A stretch of 63,191 nt of DNA, filler included, from Rhabdomonas costata (Eukaryota), in assembly GCA_019059605.1 (NCBI GenBank). It is 47 parts of 47 records of this genome, joined end to end, with 100 filler letters (N's around TTAATTAATTAA, not from the genome) between each part and the next. Parts side by side here need not be neighbours in the genome. Positions count along the whole stretch, not along the records: positions 24,262 to 25,507 come from JAHMHO010022052.1; positions 25,608 to 26,853 come from JAHMHO010022053.1; positions 26,954 to 28,199 come from JAHMHO010022054.1; positions 28,300 to 29,545 come from JAHMHO010022055.1; positions 29,646 to 30,892 come from JAHMHO010022056.1; positions 30,993 to 32,238 come from JAHMHO010022057.1; positions 32,339 to 33,583 come from JAHMHO010022058.1; positions 33,684 to 34,929 come from JAHMHO010022059.1; 39 more parts are not named here. The stretch is one strand, 5' to 3'. Made by a program: the position numbers and the translations under genes. Shown piece by piece: positions 25,103 to 37,565 of this stretch (its first letter is position 1; the number at the start of each line of letters is the position of its first letter). Below the pieces are notes generated by a model. That model made no database searches, was not told where the DNA came from, and saw only the letters and a list, made by a program, of their open reading frames with translations.

Positions 25103-26186
25103 CTCAAGAAGAACAACAAGAAAAAAATGCAGACTAATAAACACAGTGCATGCGAGAGGGAGGGTATCTCACGTTCCTCCAGCAGCCTGTATCCACGTGC
25201 GTCGAGCACCGTAGTGGGTAAGGTTGGAACCAGCCACAAGAAAAATGCCCCGAATGCGAAAACCTAAGCTCCGGCATTGAAGAGCAGTCGCCACAAACCG
25301 CTCAAGCGTGCCTGTGCCACTCACTTGTTCCAACACACTTCACTTCCCTGTGCCCCTGGGGTTCAGCCCATGCGCCTTGCCATGCGCGAACGTGAGCAAC
25401 GGATGCATTCTCTTCTCGTCTCTTTCTTTGTGAATTCTTTGGCAGCTGTATTCCTCTTCTCAGCATGCAACAACCCGCCGTCCCGCCCACCAGCTTCCTT
25501 CCCACCTNNNNNNNNNNNNNNNNNNNNNNNNNNNNNNNNNNNNNNNNNNNNTTAATTAATTAANNNNNNNNNNNNNNNNNNNNNNNNNNNNNNNNNNNNN
25601 NNNNNNNGGTTTTGTTTCCTACACTGTGCATCTTCCTGTATTTCTTTTTGGTTTATCTTTACTACTTCCCGGGAGCCCACGCGGCTGCCACCGGTGAGGA
25701 ACCGAGCAGTCGACCGGATAGGCCTAATTTGGGCCGCCTGGAAAAAGTAAAGATAAACCAAAAAGAAATACAGGAAGATGCACAGTGTAGGAAACAAGGT
25801 CGGAAACAATTTAGGAATGCACATTCAGTCAGAAGAAGTCAAGAGAAGGAATGAGGAATGCACACCGAAAGCGCTCCCAATGACCAACGTGATTCGCCCC
25901 CCACTGCGGTGTAGCATTGGACTGGGTTGACATGCGCATCTGTGTCAATTGAAATTCATATGCGGGGAAGGAAACCGCGGGGGTGGGGTGAGCTCTATAT
26001 ATATTGATATTATATTATATCGATTGAAAAGGAGAGGAGTGAGTAAAGCGTGGTTGGCCTCCCTTAGCCCAGAGTGGAGTAATGATCTAACGACCAAGGA
26101 AGACATTCACTCGCGAAGATCAGGGGTGGGTGTGGGGTTCACAAAGGACGTCCCCCCGTCCTTGCGCAATAGGCCAGGCCCCCAAC

Positions 26187-26490
26187 CTGAAAAGCGGAGG
26201 GCCAGTCCGCGACGGCAGCGGTGCTGTTGAGCACCTGGTTGGTCAGCCGGCGGGGCAGCCTCTGGCCCTCAGTGAGGGCCTCCTCCACCACCTGCCCGGC
26301 GTGCCCGCGGTGCCCCGCTCTCAGCATCAGCTCGGCCACAGCAGCGCGGGTTGTAGGCTGGGGGCGAACCCCCCACTCCGGCATCTTGCGGTACAACCCT
26401 AGGGAGAGCTCGCAAAGCACGCGCCGGCCCCATTCCGTCGCCTGTCCAGGGGGCTTGTCCTGCAGCTGCGTGAAGAGTGCGCCAAGCGGC
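26187..26490 (-). CDS. Degenerate PPR-like repeat protein exon
   Basis: LSLGLYRKMPEWGVRPQPTTRAAVAELMLRAG...AGQVVEEALTEG resembles PPR A..ly..M...Gv.P...t; donor CAG|GTTGG. Confidence 0.6.
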
Positions 26491-28763
26491 CTTTGGCGGG
26501 GAAAAGGAAACGGTCCCCTTCGTCGCGAGGAAGAAGCTTTTCGCGGGGGAAGGTGGTCGGCCCCTTCCCAAACTAAAAAGGGTCATTTGGACTCTGCTGT
26601 GACCAATGTGCTGTGCAAAACTGGCACCATGACCCTCTAATGGAGAGGCTTGGCTCCTCACAAAGCAAAGGTGGCCATGGGGTGAGTTCACTTGGAGCAC
26701 TCAATGTTCAATTTCACTTCAATTTCCATTCCAGTTTAATGTGCAGTGTAACGGCGGCAGTCTCTGCTTGGCGTTAGTTGAGAAGGGCACAACTTTACCC
26801 AAATTCATCCAATAAATTGGGAAGTCCTATGGACGCTACCATTCACCCCAACANNNNNNNNNNNNNNNNNNNNNNNNNNNNNNNNNNNNNNNNNNNNTTA
26901 ATTAATTAANNNNNNNNNNNNNNNNNNNNNNNNNNNNNNNNNNNNNNNNNNNNAAATATGCATGGTAGATATTGATCATTGGACGTTGTGAACATGCAAA
27001 GGTTCGTGTTCGAGGTGCATCTGAAGGAAAACAACCCCCTGCAAAAAGAGCAAAAGAAATGGCATATCATTCTGTGTTGTTCAGGTTGTACATGTGCTTC
27101 GTTTAATATTGAGCATTTTCAGCAGTGCCCCCTTCGACTATCCTTGATTTTATACCTTCTTCCTTCATAGGGGCAAGCACTGCTTGCAGGGGCGGTGCTT
27201 TTGCATGAAATCTCGGTGCAAAGCTGTGCACAAGCACGAAGGTGGTGCTGCCCTATGTATGCCGCTGACCTGCCCGCTTGCCAAGGCCCCACCGCCGGAG
27301 TAACTCCTCCCCCGCTGTCCTCATTGTGTCGCTGTGCTTTTTCATTTGTGTTTTTTGTGCAGGTGGTGTGCGATGGGCTTGCTTCTGTGACCAAGGATGT
27401 GACCCGACGTTCAACATGTTTCTCAGTCTGCATCCGGCTAGGTCGAGTGATGTTGCAGACCTCGTAGCTAATGGCCAATAATAGTCCTCAGTCCCCCCTC
27501 TGCCAAGGTTCCGGGTTAATGGCTTTATCCAAACTCGCTGATGCCCATATCCTGAGAACGGGAAGAAGCGATGCCCAGAGCACATCACAAAACGGTAGGC
27601 ACTGTTTTTTTTTCTGCGTCCGCCCATGGTGCCATGGGCATGCCATTGATGTTATCTTGTGTTTGATTCTCCCGCGCTGTGTACAGTTGGTGGCTCGCTG
27701 CGTCACGCCACTCGCGCCTTGTGACCTTTGGTCCCCGCCGTTGCGCCCGAGTACGCCCTTTTGTTTTGAGCGCCAGAGAAGTGTGTTGCGGTGTTGAAGC
27801 CCTCCTGTTCGGTGTCGCGTGGAACTCAAGTTTGCAGTTTGCAGTGCCCCTCACAATTTTCATGCCACGAAAGAGAACGTAGGACGCAGGTTCGCTGAAC
27901 TCAGTCGTCACCCCACCGTTTGCGGTGGCAACTGATCTGCAGCAACTTGGGACAAGTGCGCTAAACTCCTCTGAATCACTGCGCTTCGTTTTCATTCAGT
28001 TTTAGGTTTTGTTTACTGCACTAAAAATGCTTTTTTTGGAGAAGGGAATGCACGAAAAACATCGTCAGGCAAGTGCCAAGACGCCTGCTTTTCTTCCTCG
28101 CCCGCATCTCTCTGCAGCGCTCTTATTGCCCCCCACCCCACCCACCATTCTCTCAGTGTCGTGCCGTGATTTACCCACACACCCAAACACACCCACCACN
28201 NNNNNNNNNNNNNNNNNNNNNNNNNNNNNNNNNNNNNNNNNNNTTAATTAATTAANNNNNNNNNNNNNNNNNNNNNNNNNNNNNNNNNNNNNNNNNNNNT
28301 TTTGGCTCGGAGAATCCGAAGCGTCTCTAAAGGCAACTCCCGAAGTGGTGGGGTGCGGAGCAGCCTCCCCGGTAGTACCTTTCCTCCGCTGTGGTAGAGC
28401 TCCTGACAGAACCATAGCCATTGTACATGAGACGTATCCGACGCCCTCGAGGGAGAAGGGTGCAAGGTTACGTCAGCCTCGAAAAGAAAATCCGACGCAC
28501 GGGTGCAATTGTGAAACCGGAAAGTGGAAAGGAGAGAAGTTCGTTCATGGCGCAGGAGATGGAACCAGCAAAAAACAGAAGAATTGGGGTGCCAGTAACA
28601 CTAACCCGCGCTCATGACAATGAACACCATCGGCATGTAATTTCTATATAAAAAGCATGGCCTTATCGCGTGCCGGGTGAGTTTACGGGTGAGCGAGCAG
28701 CGTGTGAGCAGCCATTAGTGTGATGGCACGCAAAGAAACGAGGTTATGCACCCCGTTTGTCAC

Positions 28764-29266
28764 CCGCTCTACGGCTTCCCCGTAGGCCTGGAGGTCGTCA
28801 TCAGCACCCCAAAGCACCAGGTCGTTGTCATTGGTGTAGGGGATGACCTTTCCCCCACGGACGGCCCCCAGAAGGCTTCCAAAGGTGAGGTACAGACGAT
28901 GCCGCAGGTGCAGCTGAGAAGCAACCTGCACACCGCGGGCATGGCCAGAAAAGTCAACTTTCACACACCGCCATGGCCATGGAAGGGTACGGCGTGACAA
29001 AGCATACCAGACAAATAACTGGAAGATCCAGTGCAGACCGCGTTGTGCATCGGCTGGAACTCTCAGATGTCCCCACCCCATATAGCAGGTCAAATGTTAG
29101 GGGATATAACCTGCGTCAGCGCCCGCAGCTGCTCTCGCAGGGCCCATGCGCAGCATGGCGGGAGGGTAGGCTGGGATGGTGCAGCCGAGGGGTCCTGCTG
29201 AGGACAACTTGCGGAGTTCAATCCGCAATTCAGCCATGCCAGCGCCCCGGAAGGTTCCCACACAGC
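28764..29266 (-). CDS. LicD-family nucleotidyltransferase-fold enzyme, fukutin-related protein (FKRP)-like, 2 exons
   Basis: Exons 29266-29111 and 28925-28764 (phase 0, GT-AG): WLNCGLNSASC...LPPCCAWALREQLRALTQVASQLHLRHRLYLTFGSLLGAVRGGKVIPYTNDNDL. Confidence 0.88.
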
Positions 29267-31036
29267 CTGCGGCCACCCCCCGCTCATTTGCCCCTGTCCG
29301 GTTGCCTTTTCAGACCATGTTTCCTGCATCCAGATTGGGCACGTGAAGGCACGGCACCGATAAAAGCCTTTATAGAGGACACAGCCTTCGAGTGTATATG
29401 CGATTGAGTATGACAGGTTGCCAAGACAGTGGAAAGCGACAACGACATAACGCACACAGGAAATGATAGGAGGGCCGGAGTCCCGTGAGTAGAAGAACAT
29501 TTTAAGGTGGAACGAAACGATGCTCGGGCAGCAAACCCCACACCCNNNNNNNNNNNNNNNNNNNNNNNNNNNNNNNNNNNNNNNNNNNNTTAATTAATTA
29601 ANNNNNNNNNNNNNNNNNNNNNNNNNNNNNNNNNNNNNNNNNNNNTTTGACGACGAGTGGTTGGTGGATTAAAAGAGGAACAAGTCGGTCTTCTTCAACG
29701 CCGATTTCAAGAGATTAGAGAAATGATCCCGATAAAGGTCTGGAAACCGACGTCGGACTTCGGATGCTTTTTTTGAGTTTGATTTGGGTATACTTTGGTT
29801 TTTGTGGTGTTTTTTGGTTGTGATAGAAAGCTGTTTACCTATTTCACAGGTTGCAGATTAAGCGAGGTAGAGGCGATTCAGGGCTAAAAGGTTGAGAGCT
29901 GAACCTTCTCACTTTCCCCTGTGCTGTGCTCTGGTGCCGTTCACTTCCTGTTTGTCTTGTTTTTGGGTGGGAAAGGCGTAAGCGGACGGCTGGGTAGAGG
30001 CAATACCTTCAGAACCCCACCTCCAAGCGGAACCATCGAAATCAAAGGCCTTTGAAACGAGCAGCCAGCAGAAGCCACAGCAAGAGAAGTCCAGCTAAAC
30101 CACCCGCTTTGCCCAAGACCCCGGCCCCACCTCAGCTAAAGAGCCCAGCCACCAGCTAGAGCAAGCAAGCGCGGAGCCGAAGAGCTCGACGCCGCACACA
30201 CCCAAGCAAGAAGCCAAATATATAGCCCACGCCGCGGCGACATACCGCAGCGCACAAAGAGAGGAATCCAGACAGGTATCTGGATAAACTCAGCCTCGTC
30301 CTGTGTGTTTCCACCCGGGTAAACCGCGGCAGTGCCCACTTAGTGCAAGCCAAGTCTGGATACAGGCTTTCAGAAGCGGAGCCCAGAGCCACGACCACCA
30401 GCAAGCGGTAGGAGACACGGAAGGGGCTCGGCGGATAGACGTCGTGTGACAGTGACACATTCCTTTCATAGAAGGTGATTAAACCGCAGCGCAAATTTCA
30501 TGAAACAGCCTTTTTTGTTGAAAATCGTTTACAATTACCTCCCTATCGAATCGTATCATTTTGTGGTGGGTTTAGATATTTTCCTGGTCCTCTACGTGTG
30601 TATCCACTGATGAAATAGTCATCCTAAATAACGCCAATCAGATCCCAGTGTGCGTTGCTTTCCACAAAAATATGGTCCACATCCCGTTCAGCAGGCGCAT
30701 GGCAATGTTGGAAGTCCTGATCAACTGCCTGCAGTTGGTGAGCTGAGGCATCGGAATCTCACAAGGGGAAACCTTGGCGCTCCTTGCAAACTCATGTGTC
30801 GCTGGTCCACGATGGAATGCTCTTTGCATCATACCGCATCCTCTACGCACGTGCTCCGTTGGAACTGTATTTTCTGATCGACACCACCCCCCNNNNNNNN
30901 NNNNNNNNNNNNNNNNNNNNNNNNNNNNNNNNNNNNTTAATTAATTAANNNNNNNNNNNNNNNNNNNNNNNNNNNNNNNNNNNNNNNNNNNNCTGGTGGC
31001 CCCCCCCCCTTCATCGCACGCACACGCGCTATTTAG

Positions 31037-32170
31037 GCTACCTTTGTGTCGGTCCGGGAGGAGACCCTGCTGCGGCAGCGGGTGAGCAGCACGCGTCTGC
31101 TCCAGCGCCTGTGGAGGGGCTACCGCGTGCGCCGCAGTCCGAGGTGTGAAGGAGCACGCACCTTGGCACGCTTCTTGGGAGCAGTGGGAGCTCCGCGTTG
31201 AGGATACGAACTACCATTTTCAAACTGAAATGTTTCATGAACGGTTGCGGTCGTGTTTCCCGGTGGCTGAGCTCGCAACTGTATGGGATTGCGCAGGGTT
31301 GTTGGGGGCTCCCCATTATATGCAAGTGGTGCGGGGGACATTTCCCTCTCTCTCTCTCTCTCTTTGGTTTGTGTGTTCATTGTTTTTGCTTGCCATTCGT
31401 CGTTATTACGCGCCATCCCCCCCCCCCAAAAAAAAATTGCGGGACTACGCATGACCGCGCGCGACGGCAACGCTGCCCCGAGAAAGACAAAAACCGCGAG
31501 AGCACTTTACATTTGTTAATCAGCCCTGCCACCGGGACTGAGGAATTTGGCTTTCGCGAGGAAGCGCGGAGAGGAAGGCAGGGAGTAGCTGCGCACTAGC
31601 GCGGACCCTCCGTAAAGGCCAGCGATCGACAATAAAAAAAAAAGAGGCAACCAACCCCAACCCATGGCAAAGGGCGACAGCAGAAAACGGGGATAAAGAG
31701 CAAAAGCAAAGCAAAGAGAAGACCTCTGGTGGTGCGTCCAGAATCGGGCATTCCCGAAAGCAGAGTGTACTGGCAGCCGAGAAAAGTGAGACAAACAGTG
31801 TTGTGAGACGCAAGAAAAGCAATGCCAGGAGTAATACCACCAACAATACCATAGCCAACCAACGGGGAAGAGACCCGACGAAGTCACAGTGACGGCGAGC
31901 CGGTTCCCCGTGGCACCACTGTGAGCACGGTGACCCTCATCGTGCGTATGTGCGCTTTATTCTTTGAAACAGATGTCGCTGTGGGGCCAATCGTATGTAT
32001 TGCCGTGTCATTCTGCGGCTGGCCCACCCTCGTCTCTCAGGCTGACAGCCTTCCGGGTCAACCTCACTCAGGCCCGTGCGCGCCGCGCGGTGCAGGCCGA
32101 GGAGCTGCAACATCGCCAGAGGCTCTTCCCTGGGGCCTACCTCCTGGCCACCATGGAGGACGCAGAGGAG
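31037..32170 (+). CDS. IQ-motif (calmodulin-binding) protein, 2 exons
   Basis: Exon 31037-31143 has LLQRLWRGYRVRR and joins in phase 2 to exon 32041-32170. Confidence 0.75.
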
Positions 32171-32460
32171 GTGCTCCCCTCGCACTGTCGCCATTTTTCC
32201 GGATTGCTGTCTGCCAGCACCTGTATTCTCACAGACGCNNNNNNNNNNNNNNNNNNNNNNNNNNNNNNNNNNNNNNNNNNNNTTAATTAATTAANNNNNN
32301 NNNNNNNNNNNNNNNNNNNNNNNNNNNNNNNNNNNNNNTTTGGTTGAGCATGTGATTGAACTGCTTCGATAAGAATGGCATCACAGAATTACCATTTCAT
32401 GTGCGCACCACAATTAGTTCTTTGTGTGCAGACACTACTTAAATTACAGCTCTCAGTTGC

Positions 32461-32750
32461 ACTGCTGGACTCATTGACTCCGACAACATCATTTGTCGAA
32501 CGTGCTAGGTGCCAGAGAAAAACCACTTTCACACGAAATCGTTCTTTCAGAGAAAATGTTGTTGTGGCCAACTAGTTAGGTGATTGCGTCGTAAGCCATA
32601 TCGTTGTAGATTACTTAATGGTCGTAGACAACTTGTAAGCCCACACCAATGTTTCATCAGGCCATCAAAAATGGCGTATCTTTTTCGATGCTGAGCCGAA
32701 AAAGAAACAACAAGGATTTTCTATTGCTGTTTCATTGACGATTAATGATG
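32461..32750 (+). mobile_element. Possible degenerate Merlin/IS1595-like transposase relic
   Basis: Stop-interrupted frame GLIDSDNIICRTC*VP...PYRCRLLNGRRQLVSPH...MAYLFR resembles the relic at 51540-51764. Confidence 0.3.
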
Positions 32751-34249
32751 TAACTTCACCAATCTTGTGGAAGCCATCAGGGCCACACAGGCGGATTCAA
32801 CGGCAGGTGTTCCATTAGACGCACAGGACTTGGACTTGCCAGCCATTCTGATAAATTTCCAGTTTGCAGGCACGCAATGGCTGAAGCAAAATGCTTGGAG
32901 CGCGCAATAACTATGCAGACATCCACATATCCGACACTATTTTTAACAATAGGCAGCGCTAGACTGAATATTTCAAGGCCCTCTTTTTCCAGAGGTTGCC
33001 GTATGAACTCCATTTTCATGACCCGAAAGACTATGTCAGGATGGGTCACGACGGCCGGCGCATATTATTTACAAAATTGCCCATTGCAGTTGGGAGGCCA
33101 TTGTCTGTTCGAAGAACCCTGACGGCTCCTTTTCTCTTTTCCTCCTTTTTGCGTCTACCGATGCCCGTCCGGTGGTGATTAATGACGGCACCAGGGAAAA
33201 TATAAAGCGGGGTAAAATTACAAAGTATCCACGCAATCGCCACATTGGACATCTTGCGGTGGGTTCGGGACTTTCGCTAAAAATTTCCCGAAAGGCAGCG
33301 ACCATGATTGACGACGTTCACATTTTCCTTCGGAAGAGCCGCTTTAAAATAACCAATGCGGCAAAAACACCGATAAGAAAGGCTAAGCAGAAGCAGGCTT
33401 AGGGTTTTTTTATACGGCGGGTCTCCCGAAACGCTGCGTGGCCTGTTCTTGGGGTCAGGAATTCCTGACCGTTCACCCTCGGCCCGTGGTCCTTTTGAGC
33501 CGCTTCTTGCCCCACAACAAAACGAAATTTTTTGGTAAAGGGATGGGGGCGCTTCGTGTGGAACGTCGTAGTACCTTCGGGTGNNNNNNNNNNNNNNNNN
33601 NNNNNNNNNNNNNNNNNNNNNNNNNNNTTAATTAATTAANNNNNNNNNNNNNNNNNNNNNNNNNNNNNNNNNNNNNNNNNNNNGTGTGTGGGGGGGGGTG
33701 CGTGTGCACAGGCGCCACTCCACGATTACAAATATTCATCGGATACATCCGAGAAGTCTTCCATCCAGTGTATGTGTGTGCCGCTTACCTCAGGCATTAG
33801 AGCCTTCTGTGTGTGTATCTGTGTACGTGTGTGCGGTTCTTGTGGCCGCGACCCTAGACCGTTTTTTCCCTGCAGAATACTACAGTTGAGTTTCTGTGTT
33901 GGTGAGAGCATAAGAATGTTTGTTAAACTTGACAGGAGGTTGTGACAGGAGGTTGCGCAATGAGGCAGCACAGGCAGCACTCCAAATTGAAATGATGAGA
34001 GGGCAGGCCAAGAGGCTGGCCGCGCGCAAACAGCTGCGTTTAAAGTGCCTCCCATGGGTTGGGTACCCAAGCCCCAAGAGCCCAAAGTCATCATCACCCA
34101 TTCTGCTCACTTCACCCCATCCCGTGCTCGCTGGACAGCCGTGTGCCGGGTCACACCGCGCTGGAGCAAGAACAGGTAGGAATCTCCGCAAAAAGCTCGC
34201 CGGGAGAAACGCGACAATAGCGGGCAGGAGGCTTTTTGCAGGGGCTTAC

Positions 34250-34394
34250 CACCAAGAAGGTCGTGCCTGGTGCCCGGATACCGACTCGGTGCCGGCGAAC
34301 CGCAAGGTGACCCTGTCAGGGTTTACGGGGAAGTTGCACTGCACCTCCAGAACCACGAACCGCGACAGCGGAGGGAACAGCACCTCGTCCTCCT
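34250..34394 (-). CDS. ARTC-like mono-ADP-ribosyltransferase catalytic-loop exon
   Basis: EEDEVLFPPLSRFVVLEV matches E-x-E-V-L-x-P-P-xxx-F-x-V; CAG acceptor and GTAAG donor. Confidence 0.7.
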
Positions 34395-35040
34395 CTGTGT
34401 GTACGTGTGAATATTAGGAGCGTTGCAGGAATGGACAAAAATGGCTGGCAGGCGCACTTTCCATATTAAGGGCACAGAAAGGCACGTCAGCAGGGTGGAA
34501 AAAGCCCTGAACGATGGTTGCGTTCTGCGAAGAGGCTGCTAAACGAGCGCTTCGAAGGAATGACAGAGGCCGAAACATACGCAGAGACCACGCATCGGTC
34601 AGAACCTTCCCGTAACCTATTCCCACTGTCGATGGCAACCCAGCACATCGCCAAAGTTGCAGCGTCCGAAAGAAGAAGAAATTGTATGGGGTAATGGTGC
34701 ACACTAGCAGCGCGTGTTCGGGGCCTGTTCCACGTCATTTCCATCATCTGTTAGTTTTTCGAAGTGTGCATTGTACTTGCTCTCGGCATCGGAGAGGGTT
34801 GATACGGTTGATACTGACTCCACTTTACTTTGATCAACGACTCTCGCCCAGGGACAGCTGAAATCCATAAGAATAGAAAAGACTAGACAAATTCACACCC
34901 ACCAGAACATCGCGCACATAACAACAACCNNNNNNNNNNNNNNNNNNNNNNNNNNNNNNNNNNNNNNNNNNNNTTAATTAATTAANNNNNNNNNNNNNNN
35001 NNNNNNNNNNNNNNNNNNNNNNNNNNNNNTTTGTGTGGGC

Positions 35041-36260
35041 TCACTCCCTCGTACTTTTGAGATGACGCGGGTCTATAAAATAATGATCCGGCCCTTTTTC
35101 GAGGTGGACACAAAGGGGACATGCCCGGCGGCGCTCGTTGCGCTCGATGGCCTGTACACGGCGGCGGACCTCCTCCCCGCGGTCCGCGCTGAGCTTCTGG
35201 AGCTCACGCTCGAGCTGCTCGATCTGCCGCCAGCACTCCTCCTGGCGGCCAAGGTTCAGCTGAGAATCGAAAACCCGGAATTGCAAAAAAGGAATGAAAG
35301 ACCACAGAAGTAGAAGAGTGACGAGGGGTGGAACGGAGTGCAGTACAGGGCCAGCCGTTGGATATTGTCTTTTACGGATTGGCTATGACACAACTGGAAT
35401 TTCGGAAGGAGTTGGTATACGGATTTAGGGGGGGGGATGTTCTGAAGGTTAAGTTTTTTGATGCTACCTCTTGTTTCAATTCCCAGGTATCGTGCATATG
35501 TATGCCCCCCTCCCAAGGTAACCCTGTGCAGATTACGTCATGACACAGAAACAGAGACGGTGGTGGTGTGGGCAGAGGGAAAACAGCTCGCAAAATGGGA
35601 AGCTGTTGTGAGGCTGAATCGCGGCTGCTTTCTGGGCAGGAGGGAAAAAGTTTGGAGGCAGGTGGAATAAAGAAGAACTTCACAAACAGAGAGATGATGT
35701 TGGCGGTGGTTCTCATGAGCTATATTGATCTTTCCATGGGAGAGTTGTCGAGCTGGATCCCAGTAATCAGTGGCTATCGCACGCACCTCTTCACATGCAA
35801 ACGCATGGATGCTCAAACTACTCATTGCGCCACACAAGACGAGGCAACCTTGCTCCTTGAAACTTGGAGCGGGAGTGGAGGGAGACAGAAGTCATGATAC
35901 AACCTGCGATGTCAACACTCGAGGCGGTTGGCGTTTGACAACCTTAACCCAAAGAAGTTAACAAAAATCCCAACGGACGAAGAGTGTGTCACAGCCGCGT
36001 GAAGGCGCAGCCTGCACCCAACCACACACACACACCCGGAGGTACTCGTTGCTCTTCTCCTTCTCGTCGTTAAAGGCCGTGGTCTGGGCCAGGTCCTCGG
36101 CCCGGCACTGCGCCAGTCGGGCGCTGAGTCTCTGCAAGTCCTCCTCGCACTCCTTGCGCACCCTCTCGCGGTCTTGCAGCAGCGCCGCCATCTCCGCGTT
36201 GGCGCGGCTGTGCGTCTCGTGCACCCTCCTCATGGGCACGGTCAGCGCACCCTCCTGACG
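35041..36260 (-). CDS. Coiled-coil protein, at least 2 exons
   Basis: Heptad-rich blocks AEMAALLQDRERVRKECEEDLQRLSARLAQ and QIEQLERELQKLSADRGEEVRRR; boundaries approximate. Confidence 0.6.
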
Positions 36261-36375
36261 TAACCCCACCCACCCNNNNNNNNNNNNNNNNNNNNNNNNN
36301 NNNNNNNNNNNNNNNNNNNTTAATTAATTAANNNNNNNNNNNNNNNNNNNNNNNNNNNNNNNNNNNNNNNNNNNN

Positions 36376-37565
36376 GTTGTGTGGTGGGAATGCACAGCAG
36401 CCCCAGGTCCGCAAAGGAGGCGCCAATCGTGGCGTCCTTCAGCAATACCCGTAGCGTACCATTCAGCAGCGAGGGGCCCGCCGGGGCCGTCGCACCCGCC
36501 CTACCCTCTGCGCACCAGGAGGGAGGGACGAAGGTAGGAACCCATCAACGCAACACCAGGGGGACGCAGGCGCAGGGGGAAACCGTTCTTGTTGAAACTC
36601 ACTCCTTCATATTGCAGCATAAAGCGACGATCTGCAATGTGATTGTTTGGTGGTGGATACAGGCTATCGTCAGCCCGGAATCGTGTGAATCCAAATCGCC
36701 CATGTTATGAAGGGTGGCCAGTCCCTCTCTCCTCCCGACCCCTCCACAACGACCAATCCCACGAGAACGAGAAAGGCCACTTGCAGGGCATAAAAATACG
36801 ATGTACAAAGGCACCATTGGTGGTGGTAAGCCCCCTCCCACACATAACTTTTCCAGGACAACGACACACCTGACTTCTTTCGCGACCGGGGATTCCTGGG
36901 CGTGGACTCGGTAGCTGTGGGTGGCCTCGGGGTAGGAGGGGCGGAGGTCAGCACCGTGACCAGGGCCAGGGTAGCCTCCACGGTGGCTGGGCAGGCGCGG
37001 TGGGCGGAGAGGTGGGCCGCTGCGGAGGAAAGCAGAGCAGGGGCCAGGGGGAGCAGCCCACGGTGCACGGCAGGGCTGTACCCCGCGAGGCGAGCCAGCA
37101 ACCCCTACCGCACAAAGAACACGCGGGCAACAAAAAGAAGCGACGAGGATCCACGGGGCCAGATCCTACCGAGTTTGAAGGCAATGAAACACGGTGGTGG
37201 AAGACGAGCTCCCCCACAAAAAGAGGCGGGATGATTGATGTGCACACAAACGAAGATAGCGCACGGCATCGCTGGGGGGGGGGGTTCTGCCTCCAGCAGG
37301 CATCTGAAATTGTTCGCTTGCTTGTCACTCAGGGTGCGAGTTCCCCGTCCACTGTCGGGTGAAGGTCCTTGAGAAGTTTACAGAACTCGACCTGCGTGTG
37401 TACCCCGTGCACACAAAAAGACAATACACACAAAATAGGCAGGCGCACCGAGGCCACGCAGGCCAGCCCGTCCCCGCCGCGGTGATGTACAGCCGGGATT
37501 ACCACCTCCAGAACCCAAGTGGGGAGGACCCCCTCGTTCTCCTCTTCCAGGTCCTCCTCCTCTAG
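36376..37565 (-). CDS. Hypothetical helical (ARM/HEAT-like?) protein exons
   Basis: GC-rich blocks LLARLAGYSPAVHRGLLPLAPALLSSAAAHL...VEATLALVTVL; boundaries approximate. Confidence 0.4.

Noticed and set aside
25611..25797. About 52-bp perfect inverted repeat
   Set aside because: One arm is the contig start; same artefact pattern.
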